Shown: positions 28,795-38,311, numbered from the stretch's first letter. The stretch: 47,431 nucleotides of DNA from Eubacteriales bacterium (GCA_045533915.1 JAZSIP010000081.1:1-47431); one strand, 5' to 3'. Numbers and translations: made by a program. The notes: a model not told the origin generated them from the sequence alone.

Positions 28795-28957
28795 AAACTA
28801 TAAGCGCCAGACCGCATGAAAAAGGGGACTTCCCTTTTGTTTCGCGTTGTTGACGAGGAATGGAGTTATCGAAAATTCGGCGGGAGCTCCATCGGCAGAG
28901 ATAACTGTCGCAGGATATGACAAATATGCAGGAGACTGCAAAACAAAGCAAATTCCA
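28795..28957 (+). ncRNA. glmS ribozyme (GlcN6P-activated), with no downstream glmS ORF
   Basis: AGCGCC cleavage motif at 28803, GUUGACGAGG, P2 AUGGAGU/GCUCCAU around UAUCGAAAAUUCGGCGG, P3 GGCAG/CUGUC, and P4.1 UGCAG-GAGA-CUGCA with a GNRA loop. Confidence 0.9.
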
Positions 28958-28977
28958 AAATGAATAGTTAAAAAATC

Positions 28978-29006
28978 AGGGTTGAGCCAAATGGCTCAAC
29001 CCTTTT
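28978..29006 (+). terminator. intrinsic terminator immediately after the glmS ribozyme
   Basis: AGGGTTGAGCCA-aa-TGGCTCAACCCT followed by TTT. Confidence 0.8.
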
Positions 29007-29103
29007 GCCTAATTTTGTGGATATTTTAACTATAATAAGTCGTAAAAAAATCGAATTTCGGACAGTTTTTTAGAAAAAATTATCATTTTTTCTTTATTTT
29101 TCT

Positions 29104-29859
29104 TTAATTTAAGGAATAAATATATTTTCTCCCGTCCTTTTTGCGTGTCAATATCTCCACCTCGCACAAAAATTTGAGTGCCTGTGAAAGCCGTCTTCCG
29201 CGAAGTCTCAATGCCTTCGCAAAAAATGCTGAATCAAAGTTCTCGGCATCTCGTATCTCCTGTGGCAAAACGGATCGTATATCCGCTATGTTTTTTATTT
29301 CCACAAGTCCTGTCATTCGGAGCGGAAAAAACTGCGAATCATACGCACCGCTCTTCCGTCCGCGCACTCGCTCGGAAAATCGGTATTCCTCCCCAATTAT
29401 CTGCGGCAAAAGAAATCTTACGCGATCAGAGGGAACAAGATGCTTAAGATAAAAAAGCTCTGGTATAATATCGCACGGTCTCTCGCGCTTTGGCGAACGT
29501 TTTTTACGTATAACCTCACCCGTTTCGCCGTCAACGCGTATGAGCAAAAGCTCAGATATGAGCGGGTGAACGACCGTTACGGTATACTCTGTATTTTCAA
29601 GAAAATACTCTATCTTTTTGACGAGCGGATAAAATCCGCCCGTCTGTATCTCAAATATCTCACCGTCACAAAGTACGTCGGCAACGTATGCGCCAACCTT
29701 GACCTCAAGGCACTCGGGATCTTTACACACAGCGTGCTTCAGCGCCTTATGAAGTATTTTTTCGTTATACGTACCTATACCGTCGGAATCCCTTTCTGAC
29801 ATCGTCTTTTCGAACTCACCGCAAAGCGAATCAAAACGCGAAAAAATATCTTGTGTCAT
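29104..29859 (-). CDS. hypothetical protein, possible PD-(D/E)XK-fold nuclease with a C-terminal winged-helix-like region
   Basis: E..LH..LK, YVADVL and IFEIQT spacing resembles a D...ExQ active site. The start overlaps the ABC gene stop. Confidence 0.55.
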   Translation of the reverse strand: MTQDIFSRFDSLCGEFEKTMSERDSDGIGTYNEKILHKALKHAVCKDPECLEVKVGAYVADVLCDGEIFEIQTGGFYPLVKKIEYFLENTEYTVTVVHPLISELLLIRVDGETGEVIRKKRSPKRERPCDIIPELFYLKHLVPSDRVRFLLPQIIGEEYRFSERVRGRKSGAYDSQFFPLRMTGLVEIKNIADIRSVLPQEIRDAENFDSAFFAKALRLRGRRLSQALKFLCEVEILTRKKDGRKYIYSLN

Positions 29860-31727
29860 GTCGCGATACCCGCAAATTGATTGCTGTAAAGCTTGTAATA
29901 TTCTCCCTTTTGCTTCAGCAATTCATCATGGTCACCCGATTCATAAACTCTTCCGTCCTTGATAACGACGATTCTGTCGGCATCGCGTATGGTTGAAAGT
30001 CTATGTGCGATAATAAGTGAGGTTCGGTTCTGCATAAGCGCGACCATAGCCTGTTGAATGTGCATTTCGGTTCGGGTATCGACGCTTGAGGTCGCCTCAT
30101 CGAGAATGAGTATCTTCGGGTCGGCAAGTACTGCTCTTGCGATAGACAGAAGCTGTCGTTGTCCTTGCGAAAGGTTGCTTCCCGATTCCGCAAGAACGGT
30201 GTCGTAGCCATCGGGTAAACGCTCGATAAACACGTCTGCCTTTGCGAGAGCCGCCGCACGCTTCATTTCCTCATCTGTCGCATCGGGTCTGCCGTATTTG
30301 ATATTTGCGCGGATCGTATCGGAGAAAAGAACTGTATCCTGTAATACGATCGCTATTGAATGGCGAAGCGTTGATTTGGGAATATCACGCACATCGATAC
30401 CGTCGATCGTTATTCTGCCACCGTCTATTTCGTAAAATCTTGTAAGCAGATTTACAACTGTCGTTTTTCCCGAGCCCGTTGCTCCGACGATAGCTATCTT
30501 TTGTCCTTTGCCTACCGAAAGGTCAAGACCTTTAAGTACCTGTTCACCCTCGGTATAAGAAAAATCTATATTCTCAAACTCAATGTTTCCGTTGATCTCG
30601 GAGACCTTTATTTCGCTCGTTCCCTCGTCGATCTCGTCCGCACTGTCCATTATCTCAAAGATACGCTCCGCACCCGCAAGTGCTGTAAGTATCGTTGCGT
30701 ATTGGTTAGCTATCTCGTTTACGGGACGGGTAAATTTCTTTGAATACTGAAGCATTGACTGAATATTACCTATACTCAAACGTCTCATAAACGGCACGGG
30801 ATTAAGAACGAAGAATCCGCCGAACGCGGCAATAAGAACGTATTGCAGATTTCCGAGGAAGTTCATACAAGGTCCCATAATAGAGCCCCAGACCTTTGCG
30901 CGAATAGCGCACTTTTTGAGCTCTTCGCTGCTTTCGGAAAATTCCTCAACCGCCTTTTTCTCCTTACCGTAAGCAACGACAGTCTTATATGAGGTCACCA
31001 TTTCCTCAACTTGACTGTTGATCTTACCTAATATCTTCTGCTGACGAACAAAATATTTACGCATGAATTTTGCGAGATTCGTTGAAATGAATATCGTAAG
31101 CGGTACGGTAAGACAAGCGATAAGAGCCATTATCCAGCCGTAATATACCATCATCGTAAATGCTCCGATGAGTGTCAGTACGCTTGAAATAAGCGATGCT
31201 ATCGACTGCGATATTGCGTTGGAAACGTTTTCAACGTCGTTTGTCATACGAGACATAATATCTCCGTGCTTATGTGTATCGGTGTACTTTATCGGAAGCC
31301 TTGATATCTTTTGAAACAGATCGTTTCTCAATGTATATACTGTGTTTTGCGAAAGCTTTGCCGCAAGTATCCCTTGAAATAGCGCAAGCGTTGCGCTTAC
31401 GGCAAACATAATTCCCATCATTATGAGATATCCGACCAATGCGTCAAAATCCACCGAGAAGCCGCCGTCTGCGTTCAACGAGATCGTATCTATCGCCGCT
31501 CCCTGAAGCGCGGGACCCGCGAGATCGGTGACCGTAACGACCGCCATTATGATTATAAGAGTTATTATAAGCGCCTTGCTTTTGCCTATATATTTAAGAA
31601 GTCTTAGAAGCGTTTTTCTTGCGTTCTTCGGCTTTTCACCGTTGACACGCGCCCCCATAGGACCTCTGCCTCCACCCATGGGACGAAGAGGCGGCATATT
31701 ATTGCTTTGCGTTTTTTGATTATTCAT
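29856..31727 (-). CDS. heterodimeric ABC exporter subunit (TMD+NBD, consensus site)
   Basis: GATGSGKT, LSQGQRQ, ILDEATS and IAHRL. Confidence 0.93.
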   Translation of the reverse strand: MNNQKTQSNNMPPLRPMGGGRGPMGARVNGEKPKNARKTLLRLLKYIGKSKALIITLIIIMAVVTVTDLAGPALQGAAIDTISLNADGGFSVDFDALVGYLIMMGIMFAVSATLALFQGILAAKLSQNTVYTLRNDLFQKISRLPIKYTDTHKHGDIMSRMTNDVENVSNAISQSIASLISSVLTLIGAFTMMVYYGWIMALIACLTVPLTIFISTNLAKFMRKYFVRQQKILGKINSQVEEMVTSYKTVVAYGKEKKAVEEFSESSEELKKCAIRAKVWGSIMGPCMNFLGNLQYVLIAAFGGFFVLNPVPFMRRLSIGNIQSMLQYSKKFTRPVNEIANQYATILTALAGAERIFEIMDSADEIDEGTSEIKVSEINGNIEFENIDFSYTEGEQVLKGLDLSVGKGQKIAIVGATGSGKTTVVNLLTRFYEIDGGRITIDGIDVRDIPKSTLRHSIAIVLQDTVLFSDTIRANIKYGRPDATDEEMKRAAALAKADVFIERLPDGYDTVLAESGSNLSQGQRQLLSIARAVLADPKILILDEATSSVDTRTEMHIQQAMVALMQNRTSLIIAHRLSTIRDADRIVVIKDGRVYESGDHDELLKQKGEYYKLYSNQFAGIAT

Positions 31728-33528
31728 TTACCTGTCCTCCGTTTCCCATCTGAGAGTTATATATATCGCGGTAGGTTGCGCTCGTCTGCATAAGTACGTC
31801 GTGAGGAGCGCAATCGCGTATAGTTCCGTCCTCGATAACGGCTATACGGTCGGCATTCTTAACGCTCGCTATACGCTGAGCTATCATAATGACCGTGGTA
31901 TCCTTCATCTCGCTTTCAAGAGAAGAGCGAAGCTTTGACTCTGTCGCAAGGTCAAGCGCCGAGGTAGAATCGTCAAGAATAAGTATCTCGGGTCTACGGA
32001 CTAAAGCGCGGGCGATAGACATTCTCTGCTTTTGTCCGCCCGAAAGAGACGCGCCCTTTTCGGCTATATAGCTGTCAAAGCCCTCTGAAAATCCTTCTAT
32101 AAAGTGCTCCGCCTGTGCTGTATGTGCAGCCGCTATGACTTCCTCTTCGGTAGCATTATCCTTACCCATTCGTATATTATCCGCTATAGTTCCCGAGAAA
32201 AGCTCACTCTTTTGAAGAACGAATGATATCTTTTTACGCAATGCTTCAAGATCGTATTCTTTTACGGGAACTCCGTCAATAAATACCTCTCCTTCGGTAG
32301 CATCGTAAAATCTTGCGATCAAATTGACAAGCGAAGTCTTGCCAGAGCCCGTAGCACCTATCACCGCAAGTGTTTCTCCACGCTTGATATCAAGATTTAT
32401 ATCGTGAAGCACAGGTCTTCCGTGTGTATTCGGATAACGGAAGCCAACGTTTTTAAAGGATACCGCTATATCGTCCTTTGCCTCTCTTACCTCTCCCGAA
32501 ACGATCACAGGATCGGAATCAAGCACCTCTCCTATACGCTTGGAGGAAGCCATAGCGCGAGAGACCGATTGAAGCACCATAGTTACCATCATAATAGACA
32601 TAAGAACCTGTGTAACGTATGTAATAGCCGCCATAATGCTTCCCGTTGTCATACCCGTTCCAAAGGCATTGTCAAGCTGCCAACCTCCGATATATATGAT
32701 CGCGATAATTGCGGCGTTCATTACTACTGTCAACACGGGATGCATGATAGCCATAAGCTCCTGAACTCTGAAATTTGTTTGCATAAGGTCTGCGTTTGCC
32801 ATACGGAAACGCTCTCCCTCGTGTTCTTCACTCACGTATGCCTTGACCACTCTTGCGCCTGTTACATTCTCCTGAACGACAGAATTTACGCGGTCAAGCT
32901 TTTTCTGTACCGTAGAATACAGAGGGATAGCTCGGCTGAGTACGCAAACAAGCATTATCGCCATAACGGGAAGCGCGCAAAGCATAACTATACCGAAGCT
33001 TACGTTCATAGTAAGAAGCATAAAAAGTCCACCCACAAAGAACATAGGAGCACGAACAAGCATTCTCAAAAACATCTCGGTAAAATCTATGACCATAGTG
33101 ATATCGTTCGTCATACGCGTAACGAGAGAACCCGTAGTAAAGCGGTCGGTCTGCTCGATCGAGAGCGACATAACTCGCGCATACGCGTCACGTCTGAGAT
33201 CGTTTCCAAGACTTTGAGACGCGCGTGCCGCGGTGTATGCACAGCTTACCCCGAAAAATCCGCCGATAAGGACAACAACGAGCATTAGCAATCCAAACGT
33301 AATTATTACCTGCATAGAGGTGTACGGACCTGTTCCGTAAAGAATATTCATAACAGTGCTACCAAGAGCCGATCCTGATACGTCTCCGTTTGCGGCAATT
33401 CCGCAGTCAACGATGACTGTCATCAGCCTTGGCAGACACAGGTCTGCGATAACCTCTCCCATCATAAGAAGCGGTGAAATTATAGCCAAAAACGTATAAG
33501 GCTTTAAATAGTGAAAAATGCGTTTCAT
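31720..33528 (-). CDS. heterodimeric ABC exporter subunit (TMD+NBD, degenerate site)
   Basis: GATGSGKT and LSGGQKQ, with degenerate ILDDSTS and IAQRI as in TM287/288-type pairs. Confidence 0.93.
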   Translation of the reverse strand: MKRIFHYLKPYTFLAIISPLLMMGEVIADLCLPRLMTVIVDCGIAANGDVSGSALGSTVMNILYGTGPYTSMQVIITFGLLMLVVVLIGGFFGVSCAYTAARASQSLGNDLRRDAYARVMSLSIEQTDRFTTGSLVTRMTNDITMVIDFTEMFLRMLVRAPMFFVGGLFMLLTMNVSFGIVMLCALPVMAIMLVCVLSRAIPLYSTVQKKLDRVNSVVQENVTGARVVKAYVSEEHEGERFRMANADLMQTNFRVQELMAIMHPVLTVVMNAAIIAIIYIGGWQLDNAFGTGMTTGSIMAAITYVTQVLMSIMMVTMVLQSVSRAMASSKRIGEVLDSDPVIVSGEVREAKDDIAVSFKNVGFRYPNTHGRPVLHDINLDIKRGETLAVIGATGSGKTSLVNLIARFYDATEGEVFIDGVPVKEYDLEALRKKISFVLQKSELFSGTIADNIRMGKDNATEEEVIAAAHTAQAEHFIEGFSEGFDSYIAEKGASLSGGQKQRMSIARALVRRPEILILDDSTSALDLATESKLRSSLESEMKDTTVIMIAQRIASVKNADRIAVIEDGTIRDCAPHDVLMQTSATYRDIYNSQMGNGGQVNE

Positions 33529-33550
33529 TTAAATTTTTGTTTCTCCTTTT

Positions 33551-34039
33551 TTACTGTTCGGTTTTATTGTCGGGCAAAAGATTATCCCGAATTTTTGGCA
33601 ATATCTTCATAAGTAAAGCCTTTTCGTCATCATTAAGTCCTTCCATTGCTTCTGCATCAAGCTTTTTTATACGCTCGATATGCGTTCTGTCAAGATCTCT
33701 TCCGTACTCAGAAAGATAAACCAAGACCGCTCGTTTGTCATTCGGATCGTCCTTTCTGCGCTCTACTATTCCCTCAATCTCCATTTTTTGCAGTATAACA
33801 CTGACTGTCGGTGCGCGAAGATGCGTTCTTTTTACAAGCTCAAGCTGATTTATTCCGTCGTTTATCGCAAGTACGGATAAAACAAGATGCGCACCAGGTT
33901 GTGTCATTATTCCCTCGTTTACCTCAGTCTCTCGCATCTTGTTTCGAAAAAGCCGCGCTATCTCGTTGCAGAATTTTATCGGATTGTCACTGAGCTCCGC
34001 GCGTTTTGGAGGCGGAGCGGGTCGTTCGCAATACTTCAT
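33551..34039 (-). CDS. MarR family transcriptional regulator
   Basis: GINQLEL...APTVSVILQKME..G..ER..D..DKR winged-helix pattern. Confidence 0.9.
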   Translation of the reverse strand: MKYCERPAPPPKRAELSDNPIKFCNEIARLFRNKMRETEVNEGIMTQPGAHLVLSVLAINDGINQLELVKRTHLRAPTVSVILQKMEIEGIVERRKDDPNDKRAVLVYLSEYGRDLDRTHIERIKKLDAEAMEGLNDDEKALLMKILPKIRDNLLPDNKTEQ

Positions 34040-34079
34040 TTTTTCTCCTTTATATTTTCTTATTTATTTTTACACAAAA

Positions 34080-34097
34080 TAGTTAGTTATCTAACTA
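34080..34097. promoter_or_regulatory. candidate MarR operator
   Basis: Palindrome TAGTTAG-ttat-CTAACTA just downstream of the predicted transcription start. Confidence 0.65.
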
Positions 34098-34106
34098 AGA
34101 AATGAT

Positions 34107-34135
34107 ATTATAACATATAAACATATTTAATTCAA
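34107..34135 (-). promoter_or_regulatory. sigmaA promoter of the marR-ABC operon
   Basis: TTGAAT-N17-TATAAT with TGn extended -10. Confidence 0.7.
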
Positions 34136-34328
34136 CTATATTTATAAAAATAACGGAAAATTTTTTCTTTTTTCCGCAAACTTTGTTTTTATTGAAAAAA
34201 GTCTGTGCGAGCATCAAAAATTGGCTTTGCACGACAATATTGTAACGCATTTTTATTTTCAAATCGCACAAGATAATAAGGCAAAACACGAAATTTTAAT
34301 TTCGTATATTGCAAATTAAAAAAAGGAA

Positions 34329-35408
34329 ATGATACCAATGGCAAAAAGATCTCACAGAGTTTTTGCCGCTCTCCTGATAGCTCTCTTCATTTTCTCTTCG
34401 GCGGCGTTTACGGTAAATGCCGCAACGGCTTCATCAAGAGTTTCCGCAAAACGCGGAAGCGAAATAACGCTCTACCCAGGCGGTATGCCATTTGGCGTAA
34501 AATTTATTACGGAAGGCGTACTTGTCGTAGGATTCTGCGACGTAAAAAATCAGAATTCGGTATCGAATCCCTCGCTTGAAGCAGGTCTTAAGCAGGGAGA
34601 CGTTATTCTTAAGATCGACGGACAGACAGTAAGCGCCGCGTCCGAGCTCCTCGATATAATAGAAAAAAGTAACGGACGCGCGCTCTCCCTGGTCTGCTCA
34701 CGTGACGGCAAGGAATACACCACACGTCTGACACCCGCATATTCGGGAGATGAAGGCTGCTATAAGAGCGGCATCTACGTCCGAGACAGCGGAGCGGGTA
34801 TAGGCACGGTAACGTTTATAATTCCCGAAAGCAATGAATTTGCAGGTCTCGGACACGGCATCTGCGATTCGAATACAGGCGAGCTGATTCCTATGCAGCG
34901 CGGCTCGGTCGTAAACGTGACGATAAACGGAGTTGTAAAAGGTCTTCCGGGCACTCCGGGCGAAGTAAAAGGATATTTCTCGTCGGGTAAAACAGGCTCA
35001 CTTCTCGGCAACACCGAGTGCGGAGTATACGGAGTGCTTGTCTCTCTTCCCAAGTCTGTTCCCTCCTCTCCTATGCAGATAGGCAGACGAAACGAATTAA
35101 AGGAAGGCAAGGCTCATATCTGGTGTACGCTTGACGAGGGCACACCGCAAAAATACGAGATAGAGATCCGCGATATCAAAAGAGATTCCACTTCAAACAA
35201 GTGCTTCACCGTAAAAGTGACAGACGAGACACTTATTTCCAAAACAGGCGGAATTATACAAGGAATGAGCGGCTCGCCCATAATCCAAAACGGCAAGCTC
35301 GTGGGAGCTGTGACGCACGTGCTGATAAACGACCCGACAACGGGGTATGGTATTTTCATAGAAAATATGCTCAACGCCGCGCAAATGCCCATGGCAAATG
35401 CATCTTAA
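34329..35408 (+). CDS. spoIVB: SpoIVB peptidase (S55, PDZ); start may be 34338
   Basis: PGGMPFG, VRDSGAGIGTVT, LGHGI and GGIIQGMSGSPIIQNGKLVGAVTHV motifs. Confidence 0.95.
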   Translation: MIPMAKRSHRVFAALLIALFIFSSAAFTVNAATASSRVSAKRGSEITLYPGGMPFGVKFITEGVLVVGFCDVKNQNSVSNPSLEAGLKQGDVILKIDGQTVSAASELLDIIEKSNGRALSLVCSRDGKEYTTRLTPAYSGDEGCYKSGIYVRDSGAGIGTVTFIIPESNEFAGLGHGICDSNTGELIPMQRGSVVNVTINGVVKGLPGTPGEVKGYFSSGKTGSLLGNTECGVYGVLVSLPKSVPSSPMQIGRRNELKEGKAHIWCTLDEGTPQKYEIEIRDIKRDSTSNKCFTVKVTDETLISKTGGIIQGMSGSPIIQNGKLVGAVTHVLINDPTTGYGIFIENMLNAAQMPMANAS

Positions 35409-35413
35409 AAGCG

Positions 35414-35455
35414 AAAGGCAATGTCACACCGATCTTGGAGTAACATTGCCTTTTT
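35414..35455. terminator. terminator between spoIVB and the convergent gene
   Basis: AAAGGCAATGT..AC...GT.ACATTGCCTTTT imperfect stem. Confidence 0.7.
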
Positions 35456-35456
35456 A

Positions 35457-36149
35457 TTATTCCTCTTTAGCCTTTACTATAAGCATATTGATCTTCTTGA
35501 CATATTCCTCGGTCATTATACTGTCCTTGATAGGCAACGAAAGCGACGTTCCGTCGGAGCTCTCGAGCACAAGAAGCGTTTCCTTAACTCTTATATAATT
35601 TTTACCGACCGTAAGCTTTTTTTCCTCACTCTTCATTTCAAACAAAGTGATACTCGCATAAGGTATTTCGATATCGTTATTCTCTACCTCATCGGATACG
35701 AGCGACAACTTTCTGTAGCATATACAAAGCCCCGTATCCAAAGGATAGATCACTGCCTTGCAATACTTAGAGGAACGAACCACTCCATTCTTGCCCTTTT
35801 TATACATCAAGCCTTCGCTATAATCATAGCCCTCGAACGTTTGTATTTGGAGCTTCTTGGACAACCTCTTATCAAATTTTCTCTGGTCCTCGATCTTATG
35901 CTCAACACCCTCTGTATGTTTCTTTATGTAATTATCAATATCCGACTCGGTCGATCGACCAAACGTACTGACAACAAGTAAAACAGCGCCCAACGGAAGA
36001 CCTATTGACATTATGATGTAGGATATATAACCCCAGCCGAAGAAATACATAATTACAGCCAGAACGATAAGTCCGATACCTATAAATCTCAGCACTTCTC
36101 CCTTGCTGAAATAATTCGCGTTACTCTTAAACTCTTTGTTCTCTTTCAT
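35457..36149 (-). CDS. hypothetical membrane protein (two N-terminal TM segments, soluble beta-rich C-terminus)
   Basis: AGGAG RBS before the ATG at 36149, and a perfect promoter upstream. Confidence 0.75.
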   Translation of the reverse strand: MKENKEFKSNANYFSKGEVLRFIGIGLIVLAVIMYFFGWGYISYIIMSIGLPLGAVLLVVSTFGRSTESDIDNYIKKHTEGVEHKIEDQRKFDKRLSKKLQIQTFEGYDYSEGLMYKKGKNGVVRSSKYCKAVIYPLDTGLCICYRKLSLVSDEVENNDIEIPYASITLFEMKSEEKKLTVGKNYIRVKETLLVLESSDGTSLSLPIKDSIMTEEYVKKINMLIVKAKEE

Positions 36150-36222
36150 ATTCAAACTCCTTTTAATAAGCTTATCTGTCAATACAGACGCGTTTTTGAG
36201 AAAAGGTTGGGCTCTTTATTTA

Positions 36223-36251
36223 ATTATATACTATTTTTATACAGATGTCAA
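36223..36251 (-). promoter_or_regulatory. sigmaA promoter
   Basis: Minus strand perfect TTGACA-N17-TATAAT. Confidence 0.75.
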
Positions 36252-36341
36252 TAAACTGTGCGTTGATATTACTATATTTACGGTGGAATTTTTTCATATA
36301 CGTAAAAATCAATACTAAGCGTTTGAAATTTTGATTTTTTC

Positions 36342-36369
36342 TTGACTTTTATGCTTAAAGTGATATAAT
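36342..36369 (+). promoter_or_regulatory. sigmaA promoter of the serine hydrolase
   Basis: TTGACT-N16-TATAAT with TGn extended -10. Confidence 0.6.
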
Positions 36370-36403
36370 TATTATAGTTGAAACAAACCAAAGGAGAATG
36401 TTT

Positions 36404-37525
36404 ATGTTTAAAAACACAAAAAAGCTTTTAGATGAATTTAAACGCATCGGTATTCCAGGATTTGACCTTTCCGTGTGGCAAGGCGGTAAGGAAATATTCC
36501 GCGAGATGCGCGGGGTATCCGATGAAAACGGTACGGCTATGACGGGCAAGGAAAAATATAATATCTATTCCTGCTCAAAGATCATCACCTGTATCGCGGC
36601 AATGATGCTCATTGAGGAAGGAAAGATGCGCCTTGAGGACCAGGTTGCGCTCTATCTTCCCGCGTTTGGTGATATGAAAGTCAATAAGGCAGGCGCTATC
36701 GTTAAGGCGGAAAAACGTATGACCGTATTCCACTTATTCACTATGACCGCAGGTCTTAACTACAGTCTGAGCGAAGAGCCTATATTGCGCGGTAAGGCGG
36801 AGACCGAGGGCAAAGCTCCCACAGTGGAAATGATGAAATATCTCGCGCAAGTTCCGCTCGATTTTGAACCCGGTACGACTTGGCAATATTCTCTTTGCCA
36901 CGATGTTCTTGCAGCTGTTGTAGAGGTGGTCAGCGGCAAGAGATTCGGTGAGTTCGTAAAGGAGCGTATCCTTGACCCGTTAGGTCTTAAAAACACGACT
37001 TTTCTTCTTCCCGACGAAGAAGTTCCCTTCCTTATGGATCAGTACAGATTTGAAGACGGAGAATTTAAAAATGTTGGAAAGAATATCCGCGGCTACAAGC
37101 TCGGAGCTATGTATGAAAGCGGCGGTGCGGGCGGTATAAGCACCGTAGACGACTATATTCGTTTCCTTGAAGGACTGCGCACGGGAAAGCTGCTTAAAGA
37201 GGAGACACTCGTGCTCATGTGTAAGGATCATCTCCGCGATGACCAAAGAGAAACATATTCTTCCAAGACCTACGGATACGGACTTGGAGTAAGAACGCCA
37301 AGAGCAGGAGACTCGAAGCGCACCGACTTCGGTTGGGGCGGAGCGGCTGGCGCGTTTGCCGCGATCGATAAAGAAAAAGAGATCAGCGTATATTACGCGC
37401 AACACGTGCTTAACTCGCCTACACGCAATTTAAGAAAGGATATCATAGAGGCAGTCAAGCTTGACCTTGGATATCCCGCATTTGAAGAGGATATGTGGAA
37501 AGGTACGGGTAGTTCCTTATTTTAA
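36404..37525 (+). CDS. beta-lactamase-related serine hydrolase (family VIII esterase-like)
   Basis: SxxK (YSCSK), HLFTMTAG, FEPGTTWQYS and FGWGGAAG. The AGGAG spacing favours the ATG at 36404. Confidence 0.88.
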   Translation: MFKNTKKLLDEFKRIGIPGFDLSVWQGGKEIFREMRGVSDENGTAMTGKEKYNIYSCSKIITCIAAMMLIEEGKMRLEDQVALYLPAFGDMKVNKAGAIVKAEKRMTVFHLFTMTAGLNYSLSEEPILRGKAETEGKAPTVEMMKYLAQVPLDFEPGTTWQYSLCHDVLAAVVEVVSGKRFGEFVKERILDPLGLKNTTFLLPDEEVPFLMDQYRFEDGEFKNVGKNIRGYKLGAMYESGGAGGISTVDDYIRFLEGLRTGKLLKEETLVLMCKDHLRDDQRETYSSKTYGYGLGVRTPRAGDSKRTDFGWGGAAGAFAAIDKEKEISVYYAQHVLNSPTRNLRKDIIEAVKLDLGYPAFEEDMWKGTGSSLF

Positions 37526-37541
37526 TCAAATACACTCATAT

Positions 37542-37591
37542 AAAAAAGCAATATCATTCCGAAAATCAATCGGAATGGTATTGCCTTTTTT
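37542..37591. terminator. bidirectional terminator
   Basis: AAAAAAGCAATATCATTCCGA...TCGGAATGGTATTGCCTTTTTT. Confidence 0.8.
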
Positions 37592-37605
37592 ATTTTTTGA
37601 ATATT

Positions 37606-38217
37606 TTAATATTTTAATACTTGAATAATAATAAATAGTGCCAATAGAATTGTACAGATAATAAAGCAAATTATAGGGAATTTAAAGAAGTCTATAATTG
37701 ATTTAGATTCTGCTATTTTAGTTTTCATATCAAGGCGCACACTTTCCCACGCAGTCAGTCTCGACTCGGACGATTTGATACGCGTCATCTCAATTAAAAA
37801 TTTAAATATTCCGAAAACACATATGATAAAACTTTCGATGAATATGTCCACGATAAGTCCACCACCGTCGCTTTTCTTTTCCTCTTTGATAGTTGCAGAG
37901 CGTTCTCCGGTGCGTGCATCCTTTTCTCCCAAAACAAGCTTATATTCTGTTTTGGTTGAAGCTTGATAGCTATAGTCATTGTGCTTTTTCTTAAAAAAGA
38001 ATGGAATGCCATACATTTTGACAAAAAGACAAACACTAAACATCGCCGCAAGCGTTGCAATCCCTCCTAAAATACCTAATGCTGATAACGCTAGGCTTTC
38101 ATCAGCATCAACTCCATAATAAATAAAGTAAGCATCTATTGCAATAAGTGCCAACATTATTAATTGTGGAATGACTGTAAGCAAAAAGATATAACCTGTT
38201 ATTCTTTTTTGTTGCAT
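37606..38217 (-). CDS. AT-rich hypothetical membrane protein (3-4 TM)
   Basis: GGAGGAG RBS before the ATG at 38217, several hydrophobic segments, and visibly lower GC than its neighbours. Confidence 0.75.
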   Translation of the reverse strand: MQQKRITGYIFLLTVIPQLIMLALIAIDAYFIYYGVDADESLALSALGILGGIATLAAMFSVCLFVKMYGIPFFFKKKHNDYSYQASTKTEYKLVLGEKDARTGERSATIKEEKKSDGGGLIVDIFIESFIICVFGIFKFLIEMTRIKSSESRLTAWESVRLDMKTKIAESKSIIDFFKFPIICFIICTILLALFIIIQVLKY

Positions 38218-38241
38218 TGTTTTAACTCCTCCATGATTCAA

Positions 38242-38311
38242 AGTCTATTTATAGTCTATATTGTATCATATATAGCCCATAATGTCAAGAGGTTTGGGCT
38301 ATAATTAGACT
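38242..38311. promoter_or_regulatory. divergent promoter region with mirrored AG(T/C)C(T/C)A boxes, candidate Xre operator
   Basis: AGTCTA at 38242 and 38253, AGCCCA at 38274, inverted TGGGCT at 38295 and TAGACT at 38306. Minus-strand TTGACA-N17-TACAAT at 38260-38288. Confidence 0.6.

Noticed and set aside
28960-28971. glmS remnant in the ATGAATAGTTAA mini-ORF
   Set aside because: Three codons with no resemblance to the MCGIVG start of GlmS.
36404-37525. Class C beta-lactamase resistance gene
   Set aside because: No signal peptide and no YxN or KTG motifs; it looks like a cytoplasmic esterase-type hydrolase.
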